Source: Nannocystis bainbridge (lineage in GTDB: Bacteria > Myxococcota_A > Polyangia > Nannocystales > Nannocystaceae). Taken from it: a DNA stretch of 64,000 nt. The stretch is taken from NCBI RefSeq assembly GCF_028368995.1, contig NZ_JAQNDL010000001.1:1536001-1600000 (forward strand). Reading direction: 5' to 3'. The translations under genes were made by a program, and so were the position numbers. The notes beneath the pieces are model-generated. The model made no database searches, was not told the origin of the DNA, and worked only from the letters and a program-made list of their open reading frames with translations. This document shows, in pieces, positions 26,479-36,585 of the stretch. The stretch's first letter is position 1; each line of letters starts with the position of its first letter.

Positions 26479-29319
26479 GTGCCCGATCCCTTCTCGCCGC
26501 GTGTGGGCGACCGTGTCCGCGATCGCTATGAGCTGATGACTCCGTTGCGCGCCGGCGGCCCGGCGCAGGTGTTCATGGCCGTCGATCACCAGGCCGGACG
26601 CGAGGTCGAGCTCACCTTGTTCGATCCCGCGTGCGCCGGCGCCGACGCGTGGGCCGGCTTCGCCCGGGTCATCATCGCCGCCACCGCGGCCAAGATCCCG
26701 GGCCTCGTGCTGCCGCGCGGCGTCACCCGCACAGCGCCGACCCCGCCCTCGTGCCTCGCCGACCCGCAGATGGCGCGCGGCCTCGATCGCCGCGCCGAGC
26801 AGGGCCCCACGCCGTGGCGGCGCGCCCTGCAGCTGTGCGAGCGCGTGGCGGAGATCGTCGAGCGCGCGCACGCGGCCACCGGCGCGGCCCACCGCGCGCT
26901 GACCTCGGCGCGCTGCGTCGTCACGGCGCGCGAGGAGGTCAAGGTCCTCGATTTCGGGATCGCCGAGCTCGCGCCGGGCCACGCCGACGATTCACCGTAC
27001 CGCGCGCCCGAGCAGCAACAGGCCGCCGGCGGCCCGCCCAGCGACGTCTATGCAATCGGCGTGATGCTCCACGAATTGCTCACCGGCCAGCGCGCGCCCG
27101 CGGGTCCGCTGCCGCCGTGGAGCCCGCCCGCCGACGCGCCCCCCGAGCTCGCGGAGCTGCTGACGCGCGCCACCGCCATCGCTCCCGAGCACCGCCACCC
27201 CGATCCGGCCGCGCTGCGGACCGCCATGCGCGCGGTGCTCGACGCCGACGCCAAGGCCGCCGCCGCCAGGGCCGTCGCCGAGGCCGAGGCCGCCGAGGCC
27301 AGGGCCGTCGCCGAGGCCAAGGCCGCCGAGGCCAGGGCCGCCGAGGCCAAAGCTGCCGAGGAGAGGGCCGCGGCTGCGCCGGTGCGCGAGGCGACCGTCG
27401 AGCTGCCGCTGCCCGGAGGCAGCAACCTGTCCGCAAAGCCATCCGATCTGCCGCGCCTCGCGGGCGGCGCCGACCTGTCCGCCCGGCCCGCCGATCCGCC
27501 GCTGCTCGCGAGCGGCGCCGACCTGCCCGCGCGGCCATCCGCCGCCCCGGCCGAGCCGCTGCTGGGCGGGACCAACCTGTCCGCGAGGACACCCCCGGCC
27601 CCGCCGCCGCCGCCCCCGCTGCGAGATGTCAGTCTGTCCGAACGGACAGTCGAACTCCCGCTCCCGCCCGACTCCTCGCCGGCCCGCGCCGACCTGTCCT
27701 CCGGGACATCCGCAGCGCCTCCCGAGCCGCGGCCCTCGCAGTCGAGCGCGTCACTCGCCTCCTCGTCCGGCTCGCGCCTCGCCGGCGACCCATCGGCCTC
27801 CGCCTCGTCCTCGTCGCTGTCCGGCTCACGCTCGCGCGGATCAACCTCGCCGTCGCGCGCCCACCCGACGATCGCCCCGGATGATTCGTCATCTTCGTCG
27901 CTGTCCGGCTCGCGCTCGCGCGGATCGACCTCGCCGTCGCGCGCGCACCCGACGATCGCCCCGGATGATTCATCGTCCTCACGCTCGCGGGCTTCGATCG
28001 CGCCAGACGACGCGTCATCCGCGTCGCAGAGCCTCCGGGCCTCGCGCTCTCACTCGACGATCGCCCCGAGTGATTCGGCGTCCGCGTCGCAGAGTCAGCG
28101 AGCCTCGCGCTCTCACTCCACCCTCGCCCCGGCGGATGCATCCTCGTCGCAGAGCCTCCGGGTCTCGCGCTCACACCCGACGATCGCCCCGGGTGATTCC
28201 TCCTCCTCGCTCGGCCGCGCGTCCGTCCCTGGCTCCGCCTCGCCGTCGCGCTCGCACCCCACGCTCTCCTCCGCGTCCTCCTCGTCGCTCCAGCGCCCGC
28301 GCGGCTCGGCCTCGCCGTCCCGCTCGCACCCGACGCTCGCCGCCGAGTCCTCCGCCTCGTCCCTCCAGCGCCCCCGCGGCTCGGCCTCGCCGTCGCGCTC
28401 GCACCCCACGCTGTCCGCCGAATCCTCCGCCTCCACGCGTCCGCGCCCGCCCGGCGCCCCGCCCACGCGGGCCTACCCGACCCTCGCGTCCGCGCAGGCC
28501 CAGGCCGCCGCGTCCTCGTCCTCGCTGTCGCGGCCGCGACCCCCGGGCGCCCCCCCGTCGCGCTCCTACCCGACCCTCGCCCCGTCCGCCTCGCCGCCGC
28601 CGGTCCCCGCGGACCGCACCGAGGTGCTCGCCCACAGCGCCATCGTCGCGGCCGAGCGCGCCCGCACCGGCGCCCACCCGCCGGTGCCCGCCGCCGACAA
28701 GACCGAGGTCACCCCGCGACGCTCCGTGCGCGGCCTGCCCGACGGCTCGCGCGGCGCCGCGGCCTCGGGCGCGGCGTGGCGACGCGACGCCGTCGCCCAA
28801 TCCTCGGTCCTCGCGCCCGGCGATTCGACCGTCATCGCCCCGGCGCCCGATGCAGCCTCGACCGAGGAAATGCCGGTACCCGCATTCGCCCGCGCGCCGC
28901 GAGGCCACGTCGATCCGCCGACCACGTCCTTGCCGGTACCCCCATTCTCGACGCAGGGCCGCCACGTCGATCCGCCGACCGATCAGATCGCGGTGCCCGC
29001 CTTCGCCGACGCGACGCAGATGCTGCACGCCGACGATCTGCTGCTGCCGCCGGCCCCGGTGAGCGATCCGGACGCCACACGGATCTGGCGCCGACCGCCG
29101 GACCCGAGCGAGGTCGAGCCGGCCGCCCGCGCGCCCGAGTCGACGATGATGCTGCCCACCACCGGGGAGACCGTCGTGCACCGGCCAGAACCTGTCCCTC
29201 GGGCCAGGTCATTGCTGGCCGAGTTCGCCAGCTGGTCCCTGCGCAAGAAGCTGCTCGCCGTCAACGTCGCGTTCGCGCTGCTCATCTTGATCGGCGCGCT
29301 GGCAGCGGTCGCCTGCTGA
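26479..29319 (+). CDS. Membrane-anchored Ser/Thr pseudokinase with a long repeat-rich linker
   Basis: Kinase fold (DFG, YRAPEQ, SDVYAIG), but VAIK is replaced by VELT and HRDLKPxN by HRALTSAR; single C-terminal TM. Confidence 0.85.
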   Translation: MPDPFSPRVGDRVRDRYELMTPLRAGGPAQVFMAVDHQAGREVELTLFDPACAGADAWAGFARVIIAATAAKIPGLVLPRGVTRTAPTPPSCLADPQMARGLDRRAEQGPTPWRRALQLCERVAEIVERAHAATGAAHRALTSARCVVTAREEVKVLDFGIAELAPGHADDSPYRAPEQQQAAGGPPSDVYAIGVMLHELLTGQRAPAGPLPPWSPPADAPPELAELLTRATAIAPEHRHPDPAALRTAMRAVLDADAKAAAARAVAEAEAAEARAVAEAKAAEARAAEAKAAEERAAAAPVREATVELPLPGGSNLSAKPSDLPRLAGGADLSARPADPPLLASGADLPARPSAAPAEPLLGGTNLSARTPPAPPPPPPLRDVSLSERTVELPLPPDSSPARADLSSGTSAAPPEPRPSQSSASLASSSGSRLAGDPSASASSSSLSGSRSRGSTSPSRAHPTIAPDDSSSSSLSGSRSRGSTSPSRAHPTIAPDDSSSSRSRASIAPDDASSASQSLRASRSHSTIAPSDSASASQSQRASRSHSTLAPADASSSQSLRVSRSHPTIAPGDSSSSLGRASVPGSASPSRSHPTLSSASSSSLQRPRGSASPSRSHPTLAAESSASSLQRPRGSASPSRSHPTLSAESSASTRPRPPGAPPTRAYPTLASAQAQAAASSSSLSRPRPPGAPPSRSYPTLAPSASPPPVPADRTEVLAHSAIVAAERARTGAHPPVPAADKTEVTPRRSVRGLPDGSRGAAASGAAWRRDAVAQSSVLAPGDSTVIAPAPDAASTEEMPVPAFARAPRGHVDPPTTSLPVPPFSTQGRHVDPPTDQIAVPAFADATQMLHADDLLLPPAPVSDPDATRIWRRPPDPSEVEPAARAPESTMMLPTTGETVVHRPEPVPRARSLLAEFASWSLRKKLLAVNVAFALLILIGALAAVAC
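27790..28590 (+). repeat. Degenerate coding tandem repeats (SR[SA]H[PS]T[IL]-containing units, about 10)
   Basis: Recurrent tcgcgctcgcacccgacg-like units, including a near-exact duplication of SSSSLSGSRSRGSTSPSRAHPTIAPDD. Boundaries approximate. Confidence 0.8.
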
Positions 29320-29334
29320 GACCCGCGCCCCGCG

Positions 29335-31653
29335 TCAGCCCTTGTTCGCCGGGGTGCGCGACGCCAGCGAGGCGACCACCGCCAGCAGCTCGAGCGGCTC
29401 GACCGGCTTGGCGACGTGGTTGTTGAACCCCGCCAGCAGCGCGCGGGTGCGGTCCTCCGAGCGCGCGTAGGCCGTCAGCGCCACCGCCGGCAGGGCCCCG
29501 CCGGCCTCGCGCGGCAGCTTGCGCAGCTTCTCGAGCAGCATGTAGCCGTCCTCTCCCGGCATGCCGATGTCGGAGATGAGCACATCGGGTCGCTCCGACG
29601 CGATCTGTCGCAGCGCCTCCGCGGCCGAGCCGGCCAGCAGGACGTCGACCCCGCAGCGCTTCAGCAACATGCCGAGCATCTCGCGGGTGTCTCGCTCGTC
29701 GTCGACCACCAGCACGCGCAGCCCCGCGAGCTCGGGCGGGCAGTTCAACTCCTTCGTCGCGGGCCGGTCGGGCGGCGCCACCTCGGGCGCCTCGATCTCG
29801 CGCCGCAGCGTGACCGCCAGCGGGACCCGGACCGTGAAGCTCGCCCCGCGATCTTCGCCCTCGCTGAACACGCTGACCGTCCCGCCGTGCATCTCGACCA
29901 ACTGGCGGACGATCGACAGCCCGAGCCCGAGCCCGCCGTGGCGCCGCGTCGTCGCCCCGTCGGCCTGGCGGAACCGCTCGAACACGTGCGGCTGAAACTC
30001 GGGGGCGATGCCCTTGCCGGTGTCGGCGACCACGATCTCGACCGACGAGTCGCGCCGCTCCACCAGCACCCCCACCCGGCCGCCGCGGGGCGTGAACTTG
30101 ACCGCGTTGCTCAGCAGGTTCCACACCACCTGCTGCAGCCGCTGCGGGTCGCCCATCACCGTCGCGCCCGACGCCAGCGTGGCCTGCAGCCGGACCCCGC
30201 GGGCCTCGGCCGCCGGGCGCACCGTCTCGAGCGCCGCCTCGACGATCTCGCGGATGTTGACGGTCTGGACCTCGAGGCGCAGCTTGCCCGCGAGGATGCT
30301 GCTCACGTCGAGCAGGTCCTCGATCAGCTGGGCCTGGGCCCGCGCGTTGCGCTCGATGGTGTCGATCGCGTGGCGGCGCTGCTCGTTCGGCAAGCCGTCG
30401 AGTTGCAGCATCTGCGCCCACCCAAGGATCGAAGTCAGCGGCGTGCGCAGCTCGTGGCTGACCGTGGCCAGGAATTCGTCGCGCAGCCGGGTCGCCGTCT
30501 CGGCCTCGCGCCGGGCCGCGCTCTCGAGCGCGAACAGCTCGGCGCGGTGCGCCTCCATGCGCTTGCGCTCGCTGATGTCCTTGAACACGAGCGCCACCTG
30601 CCGCTGCTCGGCCGGGCCGGCGCGCGTGGCGTAGACCTCGAACCACCGGTTCATCGCCGGCGCGTGGTTCTCGAATCGGGCCGTCTCGCCGGTCTCGGCG
30701 ACGCGGCCGTACATGCGGAACCACGACGCGTCGAGGCCGGGCACCATCTCGCGCGCGGTCTTGCCGACGGCGCCGACCAGGCCCGTATGGGTCTCGAACG
30801 CCGAGTTGGTCTCGAGGAACCGATAATCGACGGACTCGCCGTGCTCGTCGACGATCATCTGCAGCAGGCAATAGCCGTCGTCGATCGAGGCGAACAGCCG
30901 GCGATAGCGCTCCTCGGACGCCTGCAGCGCGGCCTCGGCCTGCTCGCCGCGCTGGCTCAGCAGCCGCATCTGCGTCACCTCTTGCCCCTGCACGAGGATC
31001 CCGGTCACCTGGCCGTCGGCGTCGCGGATCGGCTGGTAGATGAAGTCGAGGTAGGCGTCGATCGAGGCCTCGCCCGGCACCGGCTGCAGCACCACTTTAC
31101 GCTGGGTGCCGAGGTACGGCTCGCCCGTGGTGTAGACGTGCTCGAGCAGCTCGTAGTAGCCCTGCCCCGCGAGCTCGGGCAGCGCCTCGCGCACGCTCTT
31201 GCCGACGACCTTGCGGTGGCCGACGAGCTGGTGATAGGCGGCGTTGGCCACCTCGAACACCATCTCGGGCCCGCGCAGGAACGCGACGAACCCTGGCGCC
31301 TGCTCGAACAGCTCGAGCGGCCGCCGCGAATCGGCGGAGGACCGCTCGGCGGCCGCGGCCGCGTCGGCGCTGCGAGCCGCGGCCCAGCGAGCCAGGGCCG
31401 CGAGGTCCCGCGGGTCGTGCGTCGCCCCGTCCGCGCCCGGCAGCGCCAGCACTGCGTCGACCAGCGCGACGACCTCGGACGCCTCGACGGAGCCGCGCGA
31501 CGGCTGCGAATCGTCGGCGCCGCGCAACGCCTGGCACAACGAGTCGAGCAAACGCGACAGTCGCTGGCCCGCGCCGCCTCGCGCGAGCCGCTGCTCGCAC
31601 GTCGTCCGTAAAAGGTCCTTCTGTCCCTCGATGAGCTCGGCCAGAGCACTCAT
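29335..31653 (-). CDS. PAS-PAS hybrid sensor histidine kinase/response regulator
   Basis: FLATVSHELRTPL H-box, NLLSNAVKFT, DTGKGI, GLGLGL; receiver VLVVDD..SDIGMP..KP. Confidence 0.95.
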   Translation of the reverse strand: MSALAELIEGQKDLLRTTCEQRLARGGAGQRLSRLLDSLCQALRGADDSQPSRGSVEASEVVALVDAVLALPGADGATHDPRDLAALARWAAARSADAAAAAERSSADSRRPLELFEQAPGFVAFLRGPEMVFEVANAAYHQLVGHRKVVGKSVREALPELAGQGYYELLEHVYTTGEPYLGTQRKVVLQPVPGEASIDAYLDFIYQPIRDADGQVTGILVQGQEVTQMRLLSQRGEQAEAALQASEERYRRLFASIDDGYCLLQMIVDEHGESVDYRFLETNSAFETHTGLVGAVGKTAREMVPGLDASWFRMYGRVAETGETARFENHAPAMNRWFEVYATRAGPAEQRQVALVFKDISERKRMEAHRAELFALESAARREAETATRLRDEFLATVSHELRTPLTSILGWAQMLQLDGLPNEQRRHAIDTIERNARAQAQLIEDLLDVSSILAGKLRLEVQTVNIREIVEAALETVRPAAEARGVRLQATLASGATVMGDPQRLQQVVWNLLSNAVKFTPRGGRVGVLVERRDSSVEIVVADTGKGIAPEFQPHVFERFRQADGATTRRHGGLGLGLSIVRQLVEMHGGTVSVFSEGEDRGASFTVRVPLAVTLRREIEAPEVAPPDRPATKELNCPPELAGLRVLVVDDERDTREMLGMLLKRCGVDVLLAGSAAEALRQIASERPDVLISDIGMPGEDGYMLLEKLRKLPREAGGALPAVALTAYARSEDRTRALLAGFNNHVAKPVEPLELLAVVASLASRTPANKG

Positions 31654-32087
31654 GCTGCCCTCTCCCTGTCGTTTGCTGGGGTTTTGGCCAGGGGGCCGCT
31701 CGCTCGTAGCAAAAAACAGCGAAGAAAACATCTTCTGGCAGGGCCTGCACCGCCCGGGGCGCAGGTTACGCGGCGAGCGCGACGGATTGCAGGCACGAAG
31801 ACCCCGTGACCCGCGACGGCGAGCGCGCCGCCCCCTGAATCACTGGACGACGCGAAGGTCCCGGCTCGACGCCTGTCGTGCTCAGCAGTGAAGCGGCAGC
31901 GCCGAAGCGCCCGTGGCGGGCCATTGTCGCAAGCCTCGGGCCGCTCCCCATCTCGACGACCAGCGCGATCGAGCTGCGCGCGAACAGACCGGCCGCGCCC
32001 GCTGCACGTCGTCGCCGCCGTCGTCGCGCGCGACCGGGCGGACACCTGTCAACCTGCACGTAATGGCCGCTGCGCCCGGGATCGCAG

Positions 32088-32158
32088 CACCTGTCGGGCG
32101 CGACAGGTAGCATGCACCTCGGGACATGCACCTTCAAACATGTTCCAAAGGACATCCT
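32088..32158. repeat. TGTC-N6-GACA array
   Basis: cacctgtc-gggcgc-gacaggta, then CATG/CATC cores at 32111, 32125, 32139, 32153 (14-bp period), abutting the SDR stop codon. Confidence 0.85.
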
Positions 32159-32930
32159 ATTCGACGTAGATCATCGCCCGCGTCATGCCGCCGTCGACCA
32201 CGAAGTCCTGGCCGGTGACGAAGCCGGCGCGGTCCGAGACGAGGAAGGCGACCATCGCCGCGACGTCGTCGGGGCGGCCGACCCGCCCGACCGGGTGCTG
32301 CGCGTGGTCGACCGGGCGCAGCGGCGCCGGCTCCGGGCGGCCGGGGCCGCGCTCGTCACGGGTGTCGATCCAGCCCGGGCTGACGCAGTTGACGCGGACC
32401 GCCGGCCCGAGGCTGCGCGCGAGCGCGTGGGTCAGCGCGACCAGCCCGCCCTTGCTGGCCGCGTAGGCCTCGCTGTCGGGCTCCGACTGGTGGGCGCGCG
32501 TCGAGGCGATGTTGACGATCGCCCCGCGGGTCGCCTCGAGGTGCGGCGCCGCGTGCTTGCAGCACAGCATCGGCCCGGTGAGGTTGACCGCCAGCACCCG
32601 CTCCCACCGCTCGAGCGCCAGCTTCGCCACCGGCCCGCCGTGTGGGTCGGCGACCGCCGCGTTGTTGACGAGGGCGTCGACCCGGCCGAGCCGCTCCGCC
32701 GCCGCCGCCGCCGCCGCTGCGACCTCGGGCTCGCGTGCGAGGTCCGCCTGCACGAACCACGCGGCCTCCGGGCGGGCGAGAGCGGCGAGCGCGTCCTCGC
32801 CGGCCTCGCGGTCGACATCGACGAGCACCACGCCGAAGCCGTCGGCCAGCAGCGCGCGGGCGATCGCTCGCCCGATCCCTCGGCCCGCTCCGGTGACGAT
32901 CGCGCCGCGCCGGGGACTGGAAGAGCTCAT
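32157..32930 (-). CDS. SDR family oxidoreductase
   Basis: [29 protein letters not shown]. Confidence 0.95.
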   Translation of the reverse strand: MSSSSPRRGAIVTGAGRGIGRAIARALLADGFGVVLVDVDREAGEDALAALARPEAAWFVQADLAREPEVAAAAAAAAERLGRVDALVNNAAVADPHGGPVAKLALERWERVLAVNLTGPMLCCKHAAPHLEATRGAIVNIASTRAHQSEPDSEAYAASKGGLVALTHALARSLGPAVRVNCVSPGWIDTRDERGPGRPEPAPLRPVDHAQHPVGRVGRPDDVAAMVAFLVSDRAGFVTGQDFVVDGGMTRAMIYVE

Positions 32931-32982
32931 CGGCCTTTTTTAGCACCGCCGGCGCCGCACCGCGAGGCCCGCGAAACTCGAT

Positions 32983-33018
32983 CACATGCCCCGAAGGACA
33001 TGCCCCTTCCGACATGTC
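32983..33018. repeat. TGTC-N6-GACA-type array (3 cores)
   Basis: cacatgcc-ccgaag-gacatgcc-ccttcc-gacatgtc. Confidence 0.85.
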
Positions 33019-33031
33019 CTCGCCGCCAGGC

Positions 33032-34210
33032 TCACGGCGCGACGCGCACGATCTCGTTGGCGCCGGCGTCCGCGTACCAGAGATCGCCTTCCGGCCCGAT
33101 CGTGATGCCCATGATGCGCTTGGCCGGCGTCGCCATGCGATCGATCTCCGTGCCTTCGAGGTCGAACGCGACGATGTCCCCGGTCCCGTGCTCGGACACC
33201 AGCAGCCGGCCCTCGTGCAGCGCCAGGCCTGACGGCTCGTCGAGGCCCTCGGCCAGCACCTGCACGTCGGCGCCCTCGACCCCGGTGTACTCGGCCCCGT
33301 CCCAGTCGCCGATCAGCTTGCCGGTGTTGGTGCCGGACGCGGTGTCGAGGCGCAGCAGCCGACCGGCGCCGGTGTCGGCGATGTAGAGCATCCCGGTCGC
33401 GTGGTCGAGCTCCATGTGGCCCGGGATGTTGCCGAGCCGGGTCACCGTCACGTCCTTGTAGCGGGTGATGACGCCGTCGGTGTGGTCGCTGCCGCCGGGC
33501 CCGTGGTCCGACTGGAAATCGTAGCGGACGATGTTGCCGTTCATCCCGTCGAAGGCCCAGAACGCGTTGCCGGCCTCGTGGGCGATGCCCATGCACAGCG
33601 GGCTCTGGTGCAGCATGTCGAGGTGGCTGCCCTCTTGCCCGTTGGGCGGGAACTCCTGGCCGACCTTGGCGAAGATGTCCAGGTCGGCCGGCCACAGCGC
33701 CGGGCCCATGAAATCGTCGGGGTCCTGCGGCCCGACGTTCCACTCGTTGCGCGACTCCTGACAGGTCGCAAACGTGTCGAGGTCGCCGAACGCCGCCGAC
33801 GACACGTACGCCATGAAGTGCTGCCCGTACGCGTCGATGCGCTCCTCCGAGGTCTGCTGCGGCGTGCCGGGGTCGAAGTAGATCACCACCCCGTGGCTCA
33901 GCATGTTGAACGTCCACAGCTGCTCCGGCGCGGCCGGGTTGAACTCGAGGTCGCGGACCGCGTGCAGGCCGTCGGCGGCGGTGCCGATGACGACGAAGGT
34001 CGCGCCGAACTCGGGCACCACGGGCGCCTCGCCGGTCGTGCCGCTGGTCGGCGCGTCGGTGGTGCCCACGGTCGGATCGACGGTCCCGGTGGTCGTGCCG
34101 GGCTCGCCCGTGCTGCTGCTCGTCGCCCCGGTCTCCGCGCCCGGGTCACCTCCGCAGGACGCGAGGGCGAGCGACGACAGGAGCAGCGACAGCGAGCGAA
34201 GCGAAGGCAT
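33032..34210 (-). CDS. Beta-propeller (NHL-like) lipoprotein
   Basis: Lipobox LASC; Thr-rich linker; LYIADTG, PSGLAL, GITIGPEGDLWYAD. Confidence 0.8.
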   Translation of the reverse strand: MPSLRSLSLLLSSLALASCGGDPGAETGATSSSTGEPGTTTGTVDPTVGTTDAPTSGTTGEAPVVPEFGATFVVIGTAADGLHAVRDLEFNPAAPEQLWTFNMLSHGVVIYFDPGTPQQTSEERIDAYGQHFMAYVSSAAFGDLDTFATCQESRNEWNVGPQDPDDFMGPALWPADLDIFAKVGQEFPPNGQEGSHLDMLHQSPLCMGIAHEAGNAFWAFDGMNGNIVRYDFQSDHGPGGSDHTDGVITRYKDVTVTRLGNIPGHMELDHATGMLYIADTGAGRLLRLDTASGTNTGKLIGDWDGAEYTGVEGADVQVLAEGLDEPSGLALHEGRLLVSEHGTGDIVAFDLEGTEIDRMATPAKRIMGITIGPEGDLWYADAGANEIVRVAP

Positions 34211-34334
34211 GACGGGGAGGATACACGACCCCCGCGGACCCGTCGCGCGGTGCAGCCGAATACGACGCCAGCGTGCAAACGCGAGGCACGGTCGAGCTCG
34301 CCGCCGGCCGCGTGTTCGCGCCGCGCCGCCCGCC

Positions 34335-35033
34335 TCAGCGCAAGCGGGCCAGCGTCGCCGCGATCGCGGCCCGCGTGCGCTTGGAGGTCACGTCGCGGAC
34401 CAGCGGATCCACCGGCGGAGCGAACCTCACTAGCGCGATCACCCCGGCGTAGAGCATCACCGTGCCGAGCAGCTGGCGTCGACTGCCGAGCTTCAGCGCC
34501 GTGCCGAACGATCGCTTCATGCGGGCGCCCAGCAGATCGACGCTGAACAGCTCGTCGAGCGCGAGGTGGACCAGAAAGCCGCCGGTGAGGAACAGCCCCG
34601 CGAGCCAGGCCTGGGTCGGCCCGAGGTGGAACGCCTGGGCCGCGACGCACACCACGATCGCGCCGACCAGCGCCGCGAACGGCAGCGAGTGGACCAGCCC
34701 GCGATGGACGCACAGCCAGGCGGTGAAGCCCCGCAGGCCGACGCGGATCGCCACGAAGGCCGCCACCGCCGCGAGCGCCACCAGCCCCGGCGCGGTGTCG
34801 ACATGAAGCGCCGAGGCGACCACGACCGCGGCGACCACGGCGAGGGCGCCGAAGATGATGCGCGTCGGCACCGAGTTGTCGGCGTCGATGTCGGGCAGCA
34901 TGCCCCCGAGCACCCCGAGGCCGAAGCAGACCCCACCGACCTGCGGCGTCACCAATCCGCCCGCGATCGCCAGCCCGGCCGCCAGCGCCGAGGGGATCGC
35001 CGCACCGAGCACGTGGACGCGAAAATTGGCCAT
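34335..35033 (-). CDS. Inner-membrane metal-dependent hydrolase (YdjM-like)
   Basis: FRVH, LPDID, HRGLVHSL, HLALD; multiple TM segments. Confidence 0.88.
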   Translation of the reverse strand: MANFRVHVLGAAIPSALAAGLAIAGGLVTPQVGGVCFGLGVLGGMLPDIDADNSVPTRIIFGALAVVAAVVVASALHVDTAPGLVALAAVAAFVAIRVGLRGFTAWLCVHRGLVHSLPFAALVGAIVVCVAAQAFHLGPTQAWLAGLFLTGGFLVHLALDELFSVDLLGARMKRSFGTALKLGSRRQLLGTVMLYAGVIALVRFAPPVDPLVRDVTSKRTRAAIAATLARLR

Positions 35034-35326
35034 GGGGCGGCGGAGCTTAGGCCGGACCGCCCGCCGCGGACAACATCGGGCGCTCCGTCGACTCGCCCGC
35101 GCGCGTCAGCGCCTCGCGAGCGCCCGATCGCGCCTCAAGAGCGCGCGGGACCGCGACCCTCGACGAACCCGGCGGTCTCGATCGGCCACGAACGACGATC
35201 CGCTCGGGGCGACGCGACTCCAACCTCGATCACCCGGGCGGAGCGACGCCGGAGTCTCGCCCCGCGGGCAACAGCCCGCAGGCCCACGACATCCCGCGCT
35301 CGTGCCATTGTCGGTATCATCCGCCG

Positions 35327-36433
35327 ATGCGCTCTCGACCTCCTGCTCAGGCGCTGCTGTGGCTCATGGCGCTGACGTCGTGCTTGACCACCGCGCGCGC
35401 CGACAGCATGCCCGAGGAGGAGCTCTACGGCTTCGAGCTCACCGCCGTCACCGAGCTGTCCGGGCTGTCGCGCTTCCCCGAGCATGTCTTTTACGTGTAT
35501 CCCGCCGCCTGCACCGAGACGATGGCGAGGTTCACGGGATGGCTGGAGACGGGCGACGAGAACCCGGCGCTCGAATATCAGTACTCGTACTCCAGCCGGA
35601 AGGACGACCTGCCCCATTACTTCGTGGTCGGCGACGGCGAGGTGCCGGAGTGGATCGGCGACGGCGCTCCTTGCATCCCCTCGGTCCTCTACGCGCTCGC
35701 CCGCGACGTCGCCGCCACCGTCGATCTCGCGCCCATGACGCTCGCGCAGCTCCACAAGTTCTTCACCGAGGACCCACGACTGTTTCGCAGCAGCTTCGAG
35801 TTCCAGCGCTCCCCGCTGTACGCCAACAACGGCTCACCGCTGCGCGCCGTCCGCGAGCTCGTGCGGGTCCTTCACATCGGTCCTGACGAGATCGTCGCGG
35901 TCCTCGACAGCACCACCTATCGCTTCGAGGACGGCACCGAGCAGACGCTGAAGCTGGCCCACACCAAGCGCCCGCCGTCGCTCCCGTTCAAGCCGCTCAA
36001 GCCCGACAAGCTCACCAAATACGCCGACAAGTACGCCAAGTGGGAGGCCCGCCAACCCCTCGAGCCCCCGCCGGCGCCGCGGCTCCCCGTGATCGACGGC
36101 GCCGATACCGGCTGCAGCGAGGGCACCATCGGGACCGAGCCTGCGCCCGCGCTGCCCGTCGAAGCGCCCGCGCTGCCCGTCGAAGCGCCCGCACCCGACC
36201 CTGTCGCTGCCCCGCCGATCGCCGCCGCGCCCGCCCCGGTCGCCGCGCCATCGGTGATTCCGCCGCCGCCCGAGCCCGAGCCCGCGGAGCCGCTCGAGGA
36301 TGTCTCCGAGGACATGGTCGAAGAGACAGCGCCCGCCACCGATCCGCTGTGGCCGATGGGCGCCGCGATCGCCGGCGGCCTGGCGCTGGTCGCCGTGATC
36401 GCCCTGGCCCGGCGGCCGCGCGCCACGACCTGA
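35327..36433 (+). CDS. Hypothetical exported protein with Pro-rich linker and C-terminal TM anchor
   Basis: Signal-like N-terminus (TTARA-D), GC3-biased frame, terminal hydrophobic helix + RRPR. Confidence 0.7.
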   Translation: MRSRPPAQALLWLMALTSCLTTARADSMPEEELYGFELTAVTELSGLSRFPEHVFYVYPAACTETMARFTGWLETGDENPALEYQYSYSSRKDDLPHYFVVGDGEVPEWIGDGAPCIPSVLYALARDVAATVDLAPMTLAQLHKFFTEDPRLFRSSFEFQRSPLYANNGSPLRAVRELVRVLHIGPDEIVAVLDSTTYRFEDGTEQTLKLAHTKRPPSLPFKPLKPDKLTKYADKYAKWEARQPLEPPPAPRLPVIDGADTGCSEGTIGTEPAPALPVEAPALPVEAPAPDPVAAPPIAAAPAPVAAPSVIPPPPEPEPAEPLEDVSEDMVEETAPATDPLWPMGAAIAGGLALVAVIALARRPRATT

Positions 36434-36448
36434 CCGTCGGGACATGTC
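36431..36448. repeat. Degenerate TGTC-N6-GACA unit at the gene end
   Basis: tgac-cgtcgg-gacatgtc overlapping the stop codon. Confidence 0.6.
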
Positions 36449-36585
36449 CTCGCTGCGCCCCTGCCGCGACGCTCCATGGCCTTCGGGCCATTCCTCACGT
36501 CACCTCGCGGACCTCCGGTCGCCACCGAGCGACCTCGACCGTCACGCTCACCCGCGCCGCCACCTGTCCCGAGAGGCAGCCTCGC

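Noticed and set aside
36143-36192. 21-bp tandem repeat
   Set aside because: Encodes APALPVE x2 in a Pro-rich linker; no separate function evident.
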